From positions 49,104,001 through 49,168,000 of the forward strand of contig OX597817.1 in assembly GCA_951406725.2 (NCBI GenBank): 64,000 nucleotides of DNA. Reading direction: 5' to 3'. Of the stretch, positions 27,686-41,304 are shown piece by piece; positions within the stretch are counted from its first letter, which is position 1; every line of letters begins with the position of its first letter. The translations under genes were made by a program, and so were the position numbers. Origin of the DNA: Octopus vulgaris. Its lineage: Eukaryota. The notes under the pieces are model-generated. The model made no database searches. It was not told the origin of the DNA and saw nothing but the letters and a program-made list of their open reading frames with translations.

Positions 27686-28590
27686 TTATATATATTTATG
27701 GAAAACAAAAGACGAAAACAAAAGACCAAATCCACTCACAAGGGTTTGGTGGGCACGAGACTATGGTAGAAGACACTTGCCCAAGTTGCCACGCAGTGGG
27801 TTTGAACCTGGAACTATGTGGTTGTGAAGCAAGTTTCTTACTACACATATGTATGTATGTATGTATGTATGCATGTTTGTATGTATGTGTGTGTATGTGT
27901 GTGTTTGTGACCCATGCCACCGCTTGACAGCCAGTGTTCCTGTTTTTTTTTTGTCCTCGTAACATTAGCTGTTCGACAAAAGAGAGCGATAGAACAAGTA
28001 CCAAGCTTAAAAAAAAACAAAAAAAAAACAAATACTAGGTTCGATTCGTTGGCCTGAAACCCTTCAAGACGGAACTCCAGCATGGCGGCAGTCTAAATGG
28101 TTGAAACAAGTAAATAATAAAAGATATACCATTTATCTGCTGAAACTACTAAAAGTTTCATCGATGGAAAAGTTCTTTGAGGTCACTGTTTATCTTTTAA
28201 CTTTAACTTGTTTCAGCCATTGGGCTTGTGGCAATGCTAGGGAACCGCATTGAAGGGTTTAGTCGGACAAATCAAGCACATCAATTATTTTCTTTTAAGT
28301 CTGGTACTTTATCGGTCTCTTTTGCCAAGACCACTAAGTTACGAGGATGCAAATAAACAAATACTGGTTGTAAAGCGGTGAAAGGACTAATCCACTCGCA
28401 AGGCACACATACAGACGCAAACACACACACATGCGCACATTAGTTTCTACCAACCAATTTTACTCACAGGGTATCGGTTGGTCCGGGGCTATAGTATAAA
28501 AACATTTGCATAAGATGCCGCTCAAAGGGACTGACCTCAAAACCATGCGGCTGCGAGCGAGATTCTTAACCTCTCAGCCATGCTTATGCC
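27478..28590. mobile_element. Cluster of rearranged, diverged SINE A fragments in both orientations
   Basis: Head + (27478-27645), head - (27728-27845), tail + (27900-28125), diverged - copy (28190-28590). Confidence 0.7.
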
Positions 28591-29535
28591 GATGGTGGAA
28601 TTTTCTTTTGAATAGTTCTTTCTGTTTAGTTGTCAGTAATAATTATTTCATTAGACAAATAGGTTGTAACAAGTAATTCAATTAATTTGACGAAAGTGTG
28701 ACAAAAGAGAAATAATGATATTATCAAGTCCATTTCAATAATAGCAAGAAGTTAAAATATCTCTTTACATAAGTCGTGTAAGATTTAGATAAGTGCATTT
28801 TCAACTTCCAAACGAGTGGAAATAATTTTGTATAAGCTAAGATGTAAAATGTAATTGGGAATATGAGAAATAAGAATTACTTCAAGAGATGAGCATCGAG
28901 ATAATAGGAGACAAGAAGCAAGAAATTGAAAGACATTGCCAACGAAAATTCTACCAAATGTAACCGAAACTGGATAGAGTAATCGTTTCGTTGACAACTT
29001 ACAACTCCATTATGTTGCTTGCCACAAGGCAGGAGAAATAATTGCTTCTTACGCACAAATAATGTTTCAGATTAGCGCATGGCTATATTCGGCGTATCGA
29101 AAGATGAGGCTGCCCGAGGCTGTGCTTGCACGGTCGGTCGGAGCATAAAAGAAAGGAAAAAGATTACCAAAAGGGATAACCAATCGGCGAGTTAATTCAC
29201 TAACCCGGGACCCAAATTCCATCCAATCATCACGTATATATTTTAACCCCCATCCGTATATGTAAATCCATCTGTCTTTTCATCTTGTATATAAGAAGCG
29301 TGTTTGTGCCCTACATGCCCTTTGTCTGTCCTTGTAACGTCCCCTCCATGTAAACCTTTTTATAGGCAAATAAAGAAATATATTCAACGTATCGTCCATG
29401 CTTTCTGTCAGTAAATCAATTGTCTTGTAATCGAGAATCTAATGAGGCTGCTTAAGCTTAACTCATTTTACTCAGGGACGTCGTTGCATTGCCTTTGGAT
29501 TTTGTACTTACGTAGCCCCAGGTCGTATCTTGCCA

Positions 29536-29629
29536 TACTTTTCTCAGCAAGCTAGTTTGTAAAATATCTAAAAATGATGTGGGTACCTCAGCTTCAAACA
29601 TTTTACAAACTAGCTTCCTGAGAAAAGTA
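29536..29629 (-). other. Long intronic hairpin (pre-miRNA-like or ADAR-substrate candidate)
   Basis: ~40-bp stem; the loop-proximal part pairs only on the minus strand through G.U pairs. Confidence 0.45.
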
Positions 29630-30170
29630 AAATACTGTTCGAAGTCCTTGGATACATAGGACAGTGATCCGGTTTCCATGGCGTATAGATGAACGAGATA
29701 AAAGAATTCCCTGGAACGGGACACCTGTCCGTCTCAGGGTTACTCATTTACAGCTGAGTGGACTGGAGCAACATGAAATGAAGTGTTTTGCTCAGGGAGA
29801 TAACGCATCGCCCGTTCTGATATTCGAAACCATGATCTTGCAATCGTGAGTACAACACTACAGCCACTTAGATGAAGATTCTGCCGCCTTGAATTGTTGG
29901 TTTCAAATCAGCAACTTCGGGTGAGGGACCAGTCAATTACATCGACTCCAATGCTCAACTGGTAATTATTTTAATTGACCCCACAAAAGGATAAACGGCA
30001 AAGTCGACCTCGGTGGAGTTTGAAATAAGAACGTAAAGACGGTCGAAATAACGGTAAGCATTTAACCCGGCACGCAAACGATTCTGCCAGCGCTATGCCT
30101 TAAATTATAATATATAAATGTGTAGGAACCATGTTACAAAGCTTTGTTTCAACACTACAGGAATCACAAT

Positions 30171-30648
30171 TTGACCTTTTAGCATTCAGATCTCTTTCTC
30201 AAATGCACTCCTGATTTATTCACTTTGTTTAAAATTAATCACGCATTCTCTTGTAGCTTTGAAATTTCAATGGCGTGTTCGTATACTTTTAGAATAACAT
30301 AACAGGGTTGGTACAAAATGTTGAAATTGTTCAGATTGTACATAAAACAAATAGAATATTTGTCCGGATATAGTCTTTTACTCTTTTACTTGTTTCAGTC
30401 ATGTGGCCATGCTGAAGCACCGCCTTTTAGTCGAGCAAATTGACCCCAGGACTTATTCTTTGTAAGCCTAGTACTTATTCTATTGGTCTCTTTTGCCAAA
30501 CCGCTAAGTTACGGGGACATAAATACACCAGCATCAGTTGTCAAGCGATGTAGGGTGGGGGACAAACACAGACACATAAACATATACTCACACATACATA
30601 CATACATACATACATACATACATACATACATACATACATACATACATA

Positions 30649-30681
<33 letters not shown>

Positions 30682-30969
30682 CGACGGGCTTCTTTCAGTT
30701 TCCGTCTACCAAATCCACCTACAAGGCTTTGGTCAGCACTTGCCCAAGGTGCCACGCAGTAGGACTGAACCTAGAACCATGTTTACATATATACGACGGG
30801 TTTCTTTCAGTTTCCGTCTACCAAATCTACTCACAAGGCTTTGGTCGACACTTGCCCAAAGTGCCACGCAGTGGGACTGAACCTGGAACCATGTGGGTCG
30901 TAAGCAAGCTACTAACCACACAACCACTCCTACCCCTATATATGGCTAGATTCAATGCTAAAGGGTTAA
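30171..30969. mobile_element. piggyBac-type MITE interrupted by SINE A (30375-30935, minus)
   Basis: Ends ttgaCCTTTTAGCATT ... AATGCTAAAGGGttaa (TTAA target, CCCT-type TIR). Confidence 0.65.
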
Positions 30970-30988
30970 AGTAAGGCGTTGGACTTAC

Positions 30989-31270
30989 CTGGTAAACCGT
31001 CAGTGGAAGATGTAATAGGATACTGAGGTGGTTGAATAGCATGCACTGCTGAGAGTGCATGGGCTGGGTAGTGCAAACTGGAATAAACAGCTGTGGAATA
31101 CTGCGGTCCAACCGCCACAGCTGCAGCCATCGCAGACGTATGACATGCACATAATGAATGGCAGGAATGGGTATCTGTACTCTGTTGATGATGATGCTGG
31201 TGGTGATGCGGATGATGGGTGGATAAGGAGACGTGGAAAGCTCTGGAACTCGGAGTCAATCGTAGATTTT
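30989..31270 (-). CDS. Exon of an unidentified protein-coding gene (His/Ala/Pro-rich, regulatory-protein-like N-terminal segment)
   Basis: Acceptor tttcacttacag| and donor ccag|gtaagt; 282 bp, open phase 1-1 frame ..HHPHHHQHHHQQ..MAAAVAVGPQYSTAVYSSLHYPAHALSAVHAIQPPQYPITSSTDGLP; internal ATG at 31130; unique GC-richer sequence. Confidence 0.8.
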
Positions 31271-31406
31271 CTGTAAGTGAAATAAATATAATGTAATCAA
31301 GATAAGGTAAAATGAAACATAATGTATTTTGATTAAAGATAATTATGTATGAATGACTACATGTCAATGTATATATGTTAATATATATATACGTGTGTGA
31401 GTGTGT

Positions 31407-31465
<59 letters not shown>

Positions 31466-31973
31466 TGCGGGAATATATTTCTCACAGTGGTAGGTCCTAG
31501 CTCGACAGATGTTGTGGATCTACAATGTTGTTGAGTTCGAAGGTCGGGTTTACGATAACTTCTGATTCTGTCACTCTAACAATGAATGAGTGTTCTGTTT
31601 ATATATACAAAATATAAAATATGCAGTATACATCAATATTTTCCATGGGTAATATGGTTATGAAACACACACAAACACACACATACACACACACACATAT
31701 ATATATATACATATATATACATATATATGCATAAATATATATACCCATACACACACACAGACACATATATATATACACATATATGTATATACACATATAT
31801 ATATGTATATATATATATACACACACATATATATATACACACATATATATACATATATACATACATATATATACATATATATATGTATAAATATATATAT
31901 GCCCATACACACACACACATATATTGCATGCACAGATAGATACAAACACACACGCAGATACGCACACACACGT

Positions 31974-32005
<32 letters not shown>

Positions 32006-32231
32006 ACACACACATATATATATGTTATATGGAGAGAAGAAATAAAATTATGAGAAACGCCATTATCTTCGTTAATGCTCAAAATGGTTCTGAATTAGGG
32101 GTTATCAATTTAAAATTTCCTTTACAACTTTGAAAGTAGTCTGCACACATGTTACAATCAGTAAATTCACTCAACAATTGGCTTTTGTTTCCACTGTTTT
32201 TATAGTCATATAAAGCAGAAATATGTATGTT

Positions 32232-32270
<39 letters not shown>

Positions 32271-32367
32271 CGGGAAGCTTTAGGAAAATAGACAAAAGAC
32301 GAAGGCAGGTGGAAAACAAACGAACAATTGTATTAGTATGGCGCTCAGGAAATATAAATAAAACAAG

Positions 32368-32405
32368 TCTTTAACGTTTCGAGCCTACGCTCTTCAACAG
32401 AAAGA
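32368..32405 (-). ncRNA. Minimal hammerhead-like motif (CUGUUGA variant) in a Penelope-type pLTR-like repeat (~32268-32590)
   Basis: Minus: TCTTT-CTGTTGA-a-GAGC-gtag-GCTC-GAAAC-GTT-AAAGA; perfect stems I and II. Confidence 0.65.
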
Positions 32406-33598
32406 TACACAGAGAGAAAAAAACACAGAAAGAAGGAGAGAAAAAAAATGCGTGCAGTAGCTAACGAATCAACATGGCGATCTGATTTCGGCCAGAGGTC
32501 AAAGATCAAACATGAGACGCGAGAGCGAAATAAGGGGAGATAATAGGGTTGATAATAGGGTTGATAATAGGGAAGAAAAATCAACGAAAATGCACATGGT
32601 AAATAAAAAAAGTAAAGACTTTTTATGAAAAGTAACGAAAGATAAATACAATTAGATGAACTGAGGTAGGAATGAAAGTAATAAAAGTCATTATTGTGAG
32701 ATTATTAAAGAGATTCAAGCATATCGCGGTTTCATAAGTTACTATTCATTGCTATATATATATTGTTATTAATTTATCTCCTTTTTGGGTTTGATTTGCA
32801 AGGTTATTTTTTAGGTGATCTCGTGTGTTGAAAAAGATTTTCTCGTATCTCCTGTAAACTAGGAGATCGACAGGTAGACTTCAAGCAGAGTTTGTCATTG
32901 ATGAGGTCGTGAATGGGGTCGAGAGGAGTATAGGTCTATGACAAACGTAGCAGAATGATTGACCGAACGATTTATCAAAAACTTGATTAGTTAATTAGTT
33001 AAATGACTAATTGGCGAAGAATAATAAAATAAGTGAAGCAGAACCTGTGCGTGTGTTGATTATTGACATAATGACCCTCCAGAAATAGAAGAAAATCTAT
33101 TTTTATGGAACTTACAGAAATTTCCGTATAGCTCTCTAATATAAGTTATTTTCTTAACAAATAATTACCAGGAAACTTTCGTTGAATCCGGAGTTACAAT
33201 GATTAATTTTAAGCGGTTGTTTGTTGTTCTTTCTATGTATTGTTCTATACAACAATTTAACAATTTATCATAAGAAATGTTGCACCCATTTTTAACATCA
33301 TTGCTGATAGTCACAAAACATTCCCTTCCATTATCATATTTAAAAAGGTTCACAATCCCTAAACTATTGATTTCAAATTTTGGCACAAGAGCAGCAATTT
33401 TGGGGTAAGGTAGTTACTTATTTCATCGAACCCATAAGAATGAAAGGCAAATTGGACTCTGGCGGAAAAATACCGCTAAGGACTTTGTCCGGAAGGGAAT
33501 GGGTGAAGAAAAAGTCCTCTCAAAGACAGGAGAGTACAAGAGGAGGTATATGTGGGTATGTGCGTGCGCGCAGGTCTGTGTATGTGTGTGTGTGTGTG

Positions 33599-33659
<61 letters not shown>

Positions 33660-33665
<6 letters not shown>

Positions 33666-33843
33666 GGGTGTAGCAACGAGTTGCTTAATCACATACCGAA
33701 AAATTTAGAAATAGCAGCCAAAAGACCGCTATTTCTTTTCGCTACAAAATATGACTCCAGCGAAAAGAAATAGCGGTCTTTTGGCTGCTATTTCTAAATT
33801 TTTCTGTATGTGGTTAAGCAACACGTTGCTAAACTCTTTAATT
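33660..33843. repeat. Near-perfect foldback (about 84-bp arms, ~15-nt spacer)
   Basis: AAAAATTTAGAAATAGCAGCCAAAAGACCGCTATTTCTTTTCGCT followed by its reverse complement. Confidence 0.9.
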
Positions 33844-33991
33844 ATTGTTATAATTATATATAAAACTTCTTGTATCAGTTTTTACTGAATATGGTTCCTT
33901 TCCATACCGAAATTACTTGGTGAAATTTATTAATTATAAATCAATAATTTTTTACCCTATATCCATAATATATATATATATATATATATAA

Positions 33992-34313
33992 CTGGTACTC
34001 CGTCGGGTACGACGACGAGGATTCCAGTTGATCCGATCAACAAAAGAGCTCGCTCGTGAGATTAGCCTGCAAGCGACTGAGCACTCCATAGACACATGCA
34101 TCCTTAACGTGGTTCTCAGGGAGATTCAGCGCGACAAAGAGTGTGACGAGGCTGGCACCCGTTGAAATACAGGTACTACTCATTTTTGCTGAGTGGACTG
34201 GAGCAAGGTGCAATAATGTGTCTTGCTCAAGGATAGGACGCCAGGCTGTGAATCGAACTCGTGACCCTAAGATCGTGAGCCGAATACCCTAACCACTAAA
34301 CCATGCGCCTTCA
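33992..34313 (-). mobile_element. SINE family B-related element
   Basis: Minus head GAAGGCGCATGGTTTAGTGGTTAGGGTATTCGGCTCACG..GAGTTCGATTC; body matches 49330-49440. Confidence 0.75.
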
Positions 34314-34318
34314 CAAAT

Positions 34319-34359
<41 letters not shown>

Positions 34360-34500
34360 CATATATGTATGTATATGTATATATATGTATATATATATGT
34401 ATATATATGTATATAAATATGTATATAAATATGTATATATATATATGTATATATATGTACATATATATGTATATACATATATATATACACACACATATAT

Positions 34501-34531
<31 letters not shown>

Positions 34532-34587
34532 CATATGTATATATGTACATTCATACATACACATACATGCACACACACACACACACA

Positions 34588-34653
<66 letters not shown>

Positions 34654-35225
34654 CCGATAGGGAATGTAGATTTATAGATAGGCATGAGTATTGAAGGAAA
34701 GATGCATATGATTATAACAGCCGAAAGACCAGAAGACCATTTGCCCACTCTGTATATGTTCCATATGGTCGAGGCTACATTCACCATCTGCCAGCCAGAT
34801 GCTCCCAGGTGCTACATGTACCATCTGCACGATTCTGAAGCTTTAATTTTTTTTTTTTCAGCAACATATAAGTGATTAAAATTTAAACACTTTAACTTTT
34901 GAAAACAAATAGACGATTTAGCGGTAAAGCTAGAACGTATCTTATTGAATCACATCTAAATAAAGACAATGAAATGCATTATATGGAACTTCAACCCACG
35001 CAAAAGTATTTATATGAAATTTCAAAGCATGTATTTATCTTCCCGTTATGTTTAAGTGCTTAACCGTAATCACGAAAACTTAAAAGAATTCTTTGCAAAA
35101 ACTTACATCGTAAAAACAGCGAATACGAGCTAAAGAGTTGGATAGCATGAAACGTTCTTTGAGAACTAAATATTCAATTAAAATGGAGTAGTGATGCTTT
35201 GTGTGCTATTACTTTAAAGAAATTT

Positions 35226-35631
35226 GGGATCTTTTCGGTTTGAACGGCAGTTTTTTTCTAGCGGTGTCATATGAAATTGTCACCCATAATTATGACCCTA
35301 GTATCGATCTATTGCATTTCAATCTGTTTTAGGGTTAGGGTAGGGGTGGGGGGAAGGGTATCTTTTTTCTTCACAAATGTAAATAAACCCAATGTGTTTC
35401 TTAAACGAGGGACATATTCATACGGCACAGAATGTTTTTCAGCTCAATAAACGTTAGTGATTGGTTGAAATTTCAGAAATTGAAGAAAAAAAACAACAAA
35501 TATCTTAAAAACTACAGAATTTTCAAGAGAAAAAAAATGTTTTATAAACACATTTTACCAGTATACGAAGTTTAAATCTTTTAGTTACCTAGAAATTATG
35601 TTAAAAACTGCCGTTCAAACCAAAAAGATCC
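35226..35631. mobile_element. MITE with ~28-bp TIRs; partial second copy 44615-44833 (reverse)
   Basis: GGGATCTTTTCGGTTTGAACGGCAGTTTTT / AAAAACTGCCGTTCAAACCAAAAAGATCC; GAAATTT repeated on both flanks. Confidence 0.85.
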
Positions 35632-35971
35632 GAAATTTGTTGTGTGTGGCCCATCCTTCGGTTTTCCTAATGTCCTGATGCCTACTGCTATTTCTTTCGT
35701 CTCTTTACACCCTGAGATGAAAACCCACCGAGATCAACCCTGACCTTCATTCCTTCGGGGATCGATAAAATAAAGTATCAGGCAAGTACTGGTGTCAATG
35801 CAACTGTCCTATCCCCACCCCTCAAAATTCCTGGCCTTGAATCCTGCAACGTATCGGCGTCTCGTTCAGGAGATTGTTGTATTCTCAGTCAGCTATACAC
35901 CATGGAAACCGGGTAATCGGCTTCTTGTGTTCTATGGCTTTAGAAAATATTGACCCCGGAATATAGAAATA

Positions 35972-36205
35972 CAGTAATCCCTCGACTATCGCAGGTGCTA
36001 CGTTCCAAAACCACCCGCGATGAGTGAAAATCCGCGAAGCAGAAACAGTACTATATATTTTTCAAATTTTTATAATTTATATATATATGTATATTTTATT
36101 ATAAATGCAAAATAGCGCCACGACGAGGAATCGACGTAAGCTTAAGTGATAAACCGCAATTGGTGAATCGTGATAGGTGAACCGCGATATAGCGAGGGAT
36201 TACTG
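35972..36205. mobile_element. pogo/Tigger-type MITE
   Basis: TIR CAGTAATCCCTCG..TATCGC, TA on both sides. Confidence 0.85.
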
Positions 36206-36606
36206 TACGAGGTAAAAACTGCAGCTTCGTCTTCTTTCCCTTTGTTACAACTATGATATTGTTGGTAAAACATGTTCTTTGTCTATCTCGTTATCCTCTT
36301 GGAGATTTTGGGTAAAATTATACTAATGTGTCCTTCTAATTTACTTAAATTCTATGACTTTGTGCAGCTGAAGATTGCTCTACATTTCAAATTGATGTAC
36401 TGAAATGATTGCATTGTTAAATTAAATGGAGTCGCATGAAACGATCGTACTGCATTACCTCTGGATATCCTTGTTGCTTATTTTGATTTTAATCACCTTA
36501 TTTTGAAATTGTATGGATAATACCGTACTAAATTCTGGTGCCTCAAGTACCGTATTCATCTGAATCCAAATTTTTACTAAATGTATTTATATATAAATAT
36601 ATATAA

Positions 36607-36647
<41 letters not shown>

Positions 36648-36656
36648 TATATATAA

Positions 36657-36796
<140 letters not shown>

Positions 36797-36914
36797 CGTT
36801 TTTGGATTTGGTTTGCAAGATTCTTTATATGAGTTCGTGTGTTGAAGCATATTCTGTTGTGTCTGGGGAGAGTCATTCTCTTTTAGTACCTTATTATTTA
36901 ACACACTCACCGGT

Positions 36915-37041
36915 AAAATTTCCACTTATTTTACCGATGAGTGTGTTAAATAATAAGGTACTAAAAGAGAATGACTCTCCCCAGACACAACTGTATATAT
37001 ATATATATATGTATACATATATGTATATATATATGTATATA

Positions 37042-37115
<74 letters not shown>

Positions 37116-37537
37116 TATGTTTATACTGATCGTTGTAGCGAGAATGCCTTTGATCATAACTTAATTCCATTATGGCAAATTTGGAGTTAAGTGACAGCAA
37201 AAATAACCACATATTGTGTAAACCAGTTAACCACATATTGCATGTATCTGCAATCATTGTAAACATATGTAGTATTGCATGCGTTATGCATACTATAAAG
37301 AAATCATGAATGGTATGTTTCCAATTAAATTTCATTCAATTTAAGCAACTTTCTAGTTCCCAGTTCTAAGTTTGAGAGATGAGGAATTATGTACATTATT
37401 TACAATTGACGGATATTTGTCCTCTTTTATTTGTTGTTAACACAACGTTTCAGCTGATATGCTCTCCAGCCTTTATCAGGTGTTTTGGGGGAAATTTCGA
37501 ACCTGGGTTCCCACTTCTAAGGTATTTTTCGATGTTG

Positions 37538-37571
<34 letters not shown>

Positions 37572-37850
37572 GGTTACTGTCTCGAATCGAACTCGGAATC
37601 TTGGGGTTAGTAGCCCACGCTCTTAACCACTACGCGATATGCCCACGGGCATATAGCGTAGTGGTTAAGAGCGTGGGCTACTAACCCCAAGATTCCGAGT
37701 TCGATTCCAGCAGCAGTGAACTGAATAATAATAATAAAAATAATAATAAAATTTCCACTTATTTTACCGATGAGTGTGTTAAATAATAAGGTACTAAAAG
37801 AGAATGACTCTCCCCAGACACAACTGTATATATATATATATATGTATATA

Positions 37851-37941
<91 letters not shown>

Positions 37942-38359
37942 CTATGTTTATACTGATCGTTGTAGCGAGAATGCCTTTGATCATAACTTAATTCCATTAT
38001 GGCATATTTGGAGTTAAGTGACAGCAAAAATAACCACATATTGTGTAAACCAGTTAACCACATATTGCATGTATCTGCAATCATTGTAAACATATGTAGT
38101 ATTGCAGGTGTTATGCATACTATAAAGAAATCATGAATGGTATGTTTCCAATTAAATTTCATTCAATTTAAGCAACTTTCTAGTTCCCAGTTCTAAGTTT
38201 GAGAGATGAGGAATTATGTATATTATATACATTAGACGGATATTTGTCCTCATTTGTTTGTTGTTAACACAACGTTTCAGCTCATATGCTCTCCAGCCTT
38301 CATCAGGTGTTTTGGGGTAAATTTCGAACCTGGGTTCCCACTTCTAAGGTATTTTTCGA

Positions 38360-38413
<54 letters not shown>

Positions 38414-38590
38414 GGTTACTGTCTCGAATCGAACTCGGAATCATGGCGTTAGTAGCCCACGCTCTTAACCACTACGCGATATGCCCACGGGCATATAGCG
38501 TAGTGGTTAAGAGCGTGGGCTACTAACCCCAAGATTCCGAGTTCGATTCCAGCAGCAGTGAACTGAATAATAATAATAAAAATAATAATA
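36915..38590. repeat. Local tandem duplication, unit ~833 bp
   Basis: 36915-37747 repeated at 37748-~38590, including unique spacer sequence. Confidence 0.9.
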
Positions 38591-38611
38591 ATGATAATGA
38601 TAATAATAATA

Positions 38612-38649
<38 letters not shown>

Positions 38650-38800
38650 AACTTCGAAAAATACCTCAGGAATGAGTACCTAGGTTCGAAATTTCTCCAA
38701 GACACCAGATGAAGGCTGGAGAGTATATCAACCGAAACGTTGTGTTAACAAGAAACAAGATGAGGACAAATATCCGTCGAATGTAAATAATGTAAATAAT
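37360..38800. mobile_element. Palindromic tRNA-head/(TAA)n/hammerhead element, copies B (37360-37745, partial) and C (38190-38800)
   Basis: Head-to-head tRNA-like units 37573-37722 and 38414-38563; HHR motifs at ~37439-37485 (-), ~38266-38311 (-, intact core) and ~38701-38746 (+). Confidence 0.85.
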
Positions 38801-39132
38801 GTTTCTACTTTCCATTAACTTGAAAATAAAGAGATAATAAGTAGTTCGAATAAATCATTCTTTGTTTTCTCAAGGCCCTTTTTTTACGTTTTGTATGTAG
38901 TCAGTCGGTTTCTTTTGTAGAACCACTAGGTCACAGAGAGGTAAGCAAACTAACACCGGTTGTCCAGTCATGGTGGACAAACGAAAACGCAAATGCACAC
39001 ATACATACATACACACACACACGCACACACACACACATATATATATACATATATATGTGTATATATGTGCATATACATACATATACATATATAAATGTAT
39101 ATATATATATACATATATACATGCACCCTCTC

Positions 39133-39194
<62 letters not shown>

Positions 39195-39719
39195 TGTGCT
39201 TCCGCACAGTTTCCGTCTATCAAATACACTCACAGAGAATTGGTTGGTCTGGGGATCTGTAGTAGAGAGAAATAGAGAGACAAAGAGAGAGAGAGAGAGC
39301 CATTTCATCTTTAACGTTTTGTTTACTCCGTCTCCATCTCTCTCTCTCCCCCTTTCTCCCCTCTCCCCATCGCCCCCTCTCCTCTTCTCCCCCTCTCTCA
39401 TTCTCAGTGTTTCCCTGCGTTTTAGATTCACTTATCATTTACGTTACTCAGTACAATTTGTAAGCCGGAGCCGTGAGAGTTGACAAGCAACATTAAAACG
39501 ACTTTCTTGTGACGATTGACTACATTTTCGCAAGTCACTAACTCTGCTGATAAAACAGAGGCTGCCATATAAGTTATGTGATACAGGCGAGAAGAAAAAG
39601 TGAAAGGAAAGGGAGTCATAAATATTAATAGTAAACCGAAATATATATTAAACTGAATGAAACCCGGGCAAACAATGAAGCATTTATTCCGTATTGCATA
39701 CGCTCAGAAATACGCTCTC

Positions 39720-39772
39720 ACACACTAACATACATACACACATATGCATAAACACATACATACATACATACA

Positions 39773-39805
<33 letters not shown>

Positions 39806-40590
39806 GCATACATACATATGCATAAACACATACATACATACATGCATGCATACATACATAAACACATACATACATGCATACATACATACCTACATACATA
39901 CATACGTACATGCATGCATACATACATACATGCATACATACATACATGCATACATACATGCATACATACATGCCTACATACATACATACGTACATGCATG
40001 CATAAACACATACATCCATACATGCATACATACATGCATATGCATAAACACATGCATACGCACATACATACATACATACATACATACATACATACATACA
40101 AATGCATAAACACATACATACATGTATGCATACATACATACATAAACACATACATACATGCATACATGCCTACATACATACATACGTACATGCATGCATA
40201 CATACATGCATACATACATACATGCATACATACATGCCTACATAAATACATACGTACATGCATGCATAAACACATACATCCATACATCCATACATACATG
40301 CATATGCATAAACACATACATACATACATATATACATGCACACATACATACATAAATACATACATACATACATATGCATAAACACATACATACATGCATA
40401 CATACATGCCTACATACATACGTACATGCATGCATAAATACATACATACATATGCATAAACACATACATACATATATATATACACGCACACATACATACA
40501 TACATACATAAATACATACATACATACGTACATACATACATACCTTCATACATACATACATACATACATACATACATACATACATACATA
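39720..40590. repeat. Compound (CATA/CATG)n microsatellite with higher-order repeats
   Basis: Recurrent TGCATAAACACATACATAC and TACGTACATGCATGC blocks. Confidence 0.95.
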
Positions 40591-40841
40591 AATTTCTAGA
40601 TATACATCAAGAATGCATCCTGAAGCAGAAATCCACCAAATTGCTCTGTAAACGAGGTTTAGAATGATACAAATGAACACAATCAGACTAACTGATTTTA
40701 TATGCCTGAAGAACAATTGAAAGCTTCTATATTAAAAGAAACATATATATTATACAAGGAAACAATTGTGTTTTGGAAGCTGATTGCGTTCAAAACTGGA
40801 CTTACAGAACCGTCGTAGGCCGGAAATAAAATAAGAGAAAT

Positions 40842-41256
40842 ACTCTTTCACTCTTTTACTTGTTTCAGTCATTTGACTATGGCCATGCTGGAGCACCGCA
40901 TTTAGTCGAGCAAATAGTCCCCAGGACTTATTCTTTGGAAGCCTAGTACTTATTCTATCGGTTTCTTTTGCCGAACCGCTAAGTTAAAGGGACGGAAACA
41001 CACCAGTATTGGTTGTCAAGCGATGTTGTGGGGACAGAGACACACAAACATACACACACACACACACCTACTCACTCACACAGACACATACATATATACG
41101 ACGGGATTCTTTCGGTTTCCGTCTACCAAATCCACTCACGAGGCTTTGGTCGGCCTGAGGCTATAGTAGAAGACACTTGCCCAAGGTACCACGCAGTGAG
41201 ACTGAACCTGGAACCATCTGTTTGGTAAGCAAGCTACTTACCACATAGCCACTCCA
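40842..41256 (-). mobile_element. SINE family A
   Basis: Matches family consensus. Confidence 0.85.
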
Positions 41257-41304
41257 GGTGTTATACACGTTCGATAATGAAATCGGTGAAGAGGCGTGAA
41301 TATT

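Noticed and set aside
37573-37722. Functional tRNA gene pair (apparent ACT anticodon)
   Set aside because: No acceptor stem, broken anticodon stem, part of a repeated element; treated as SINE-type heads
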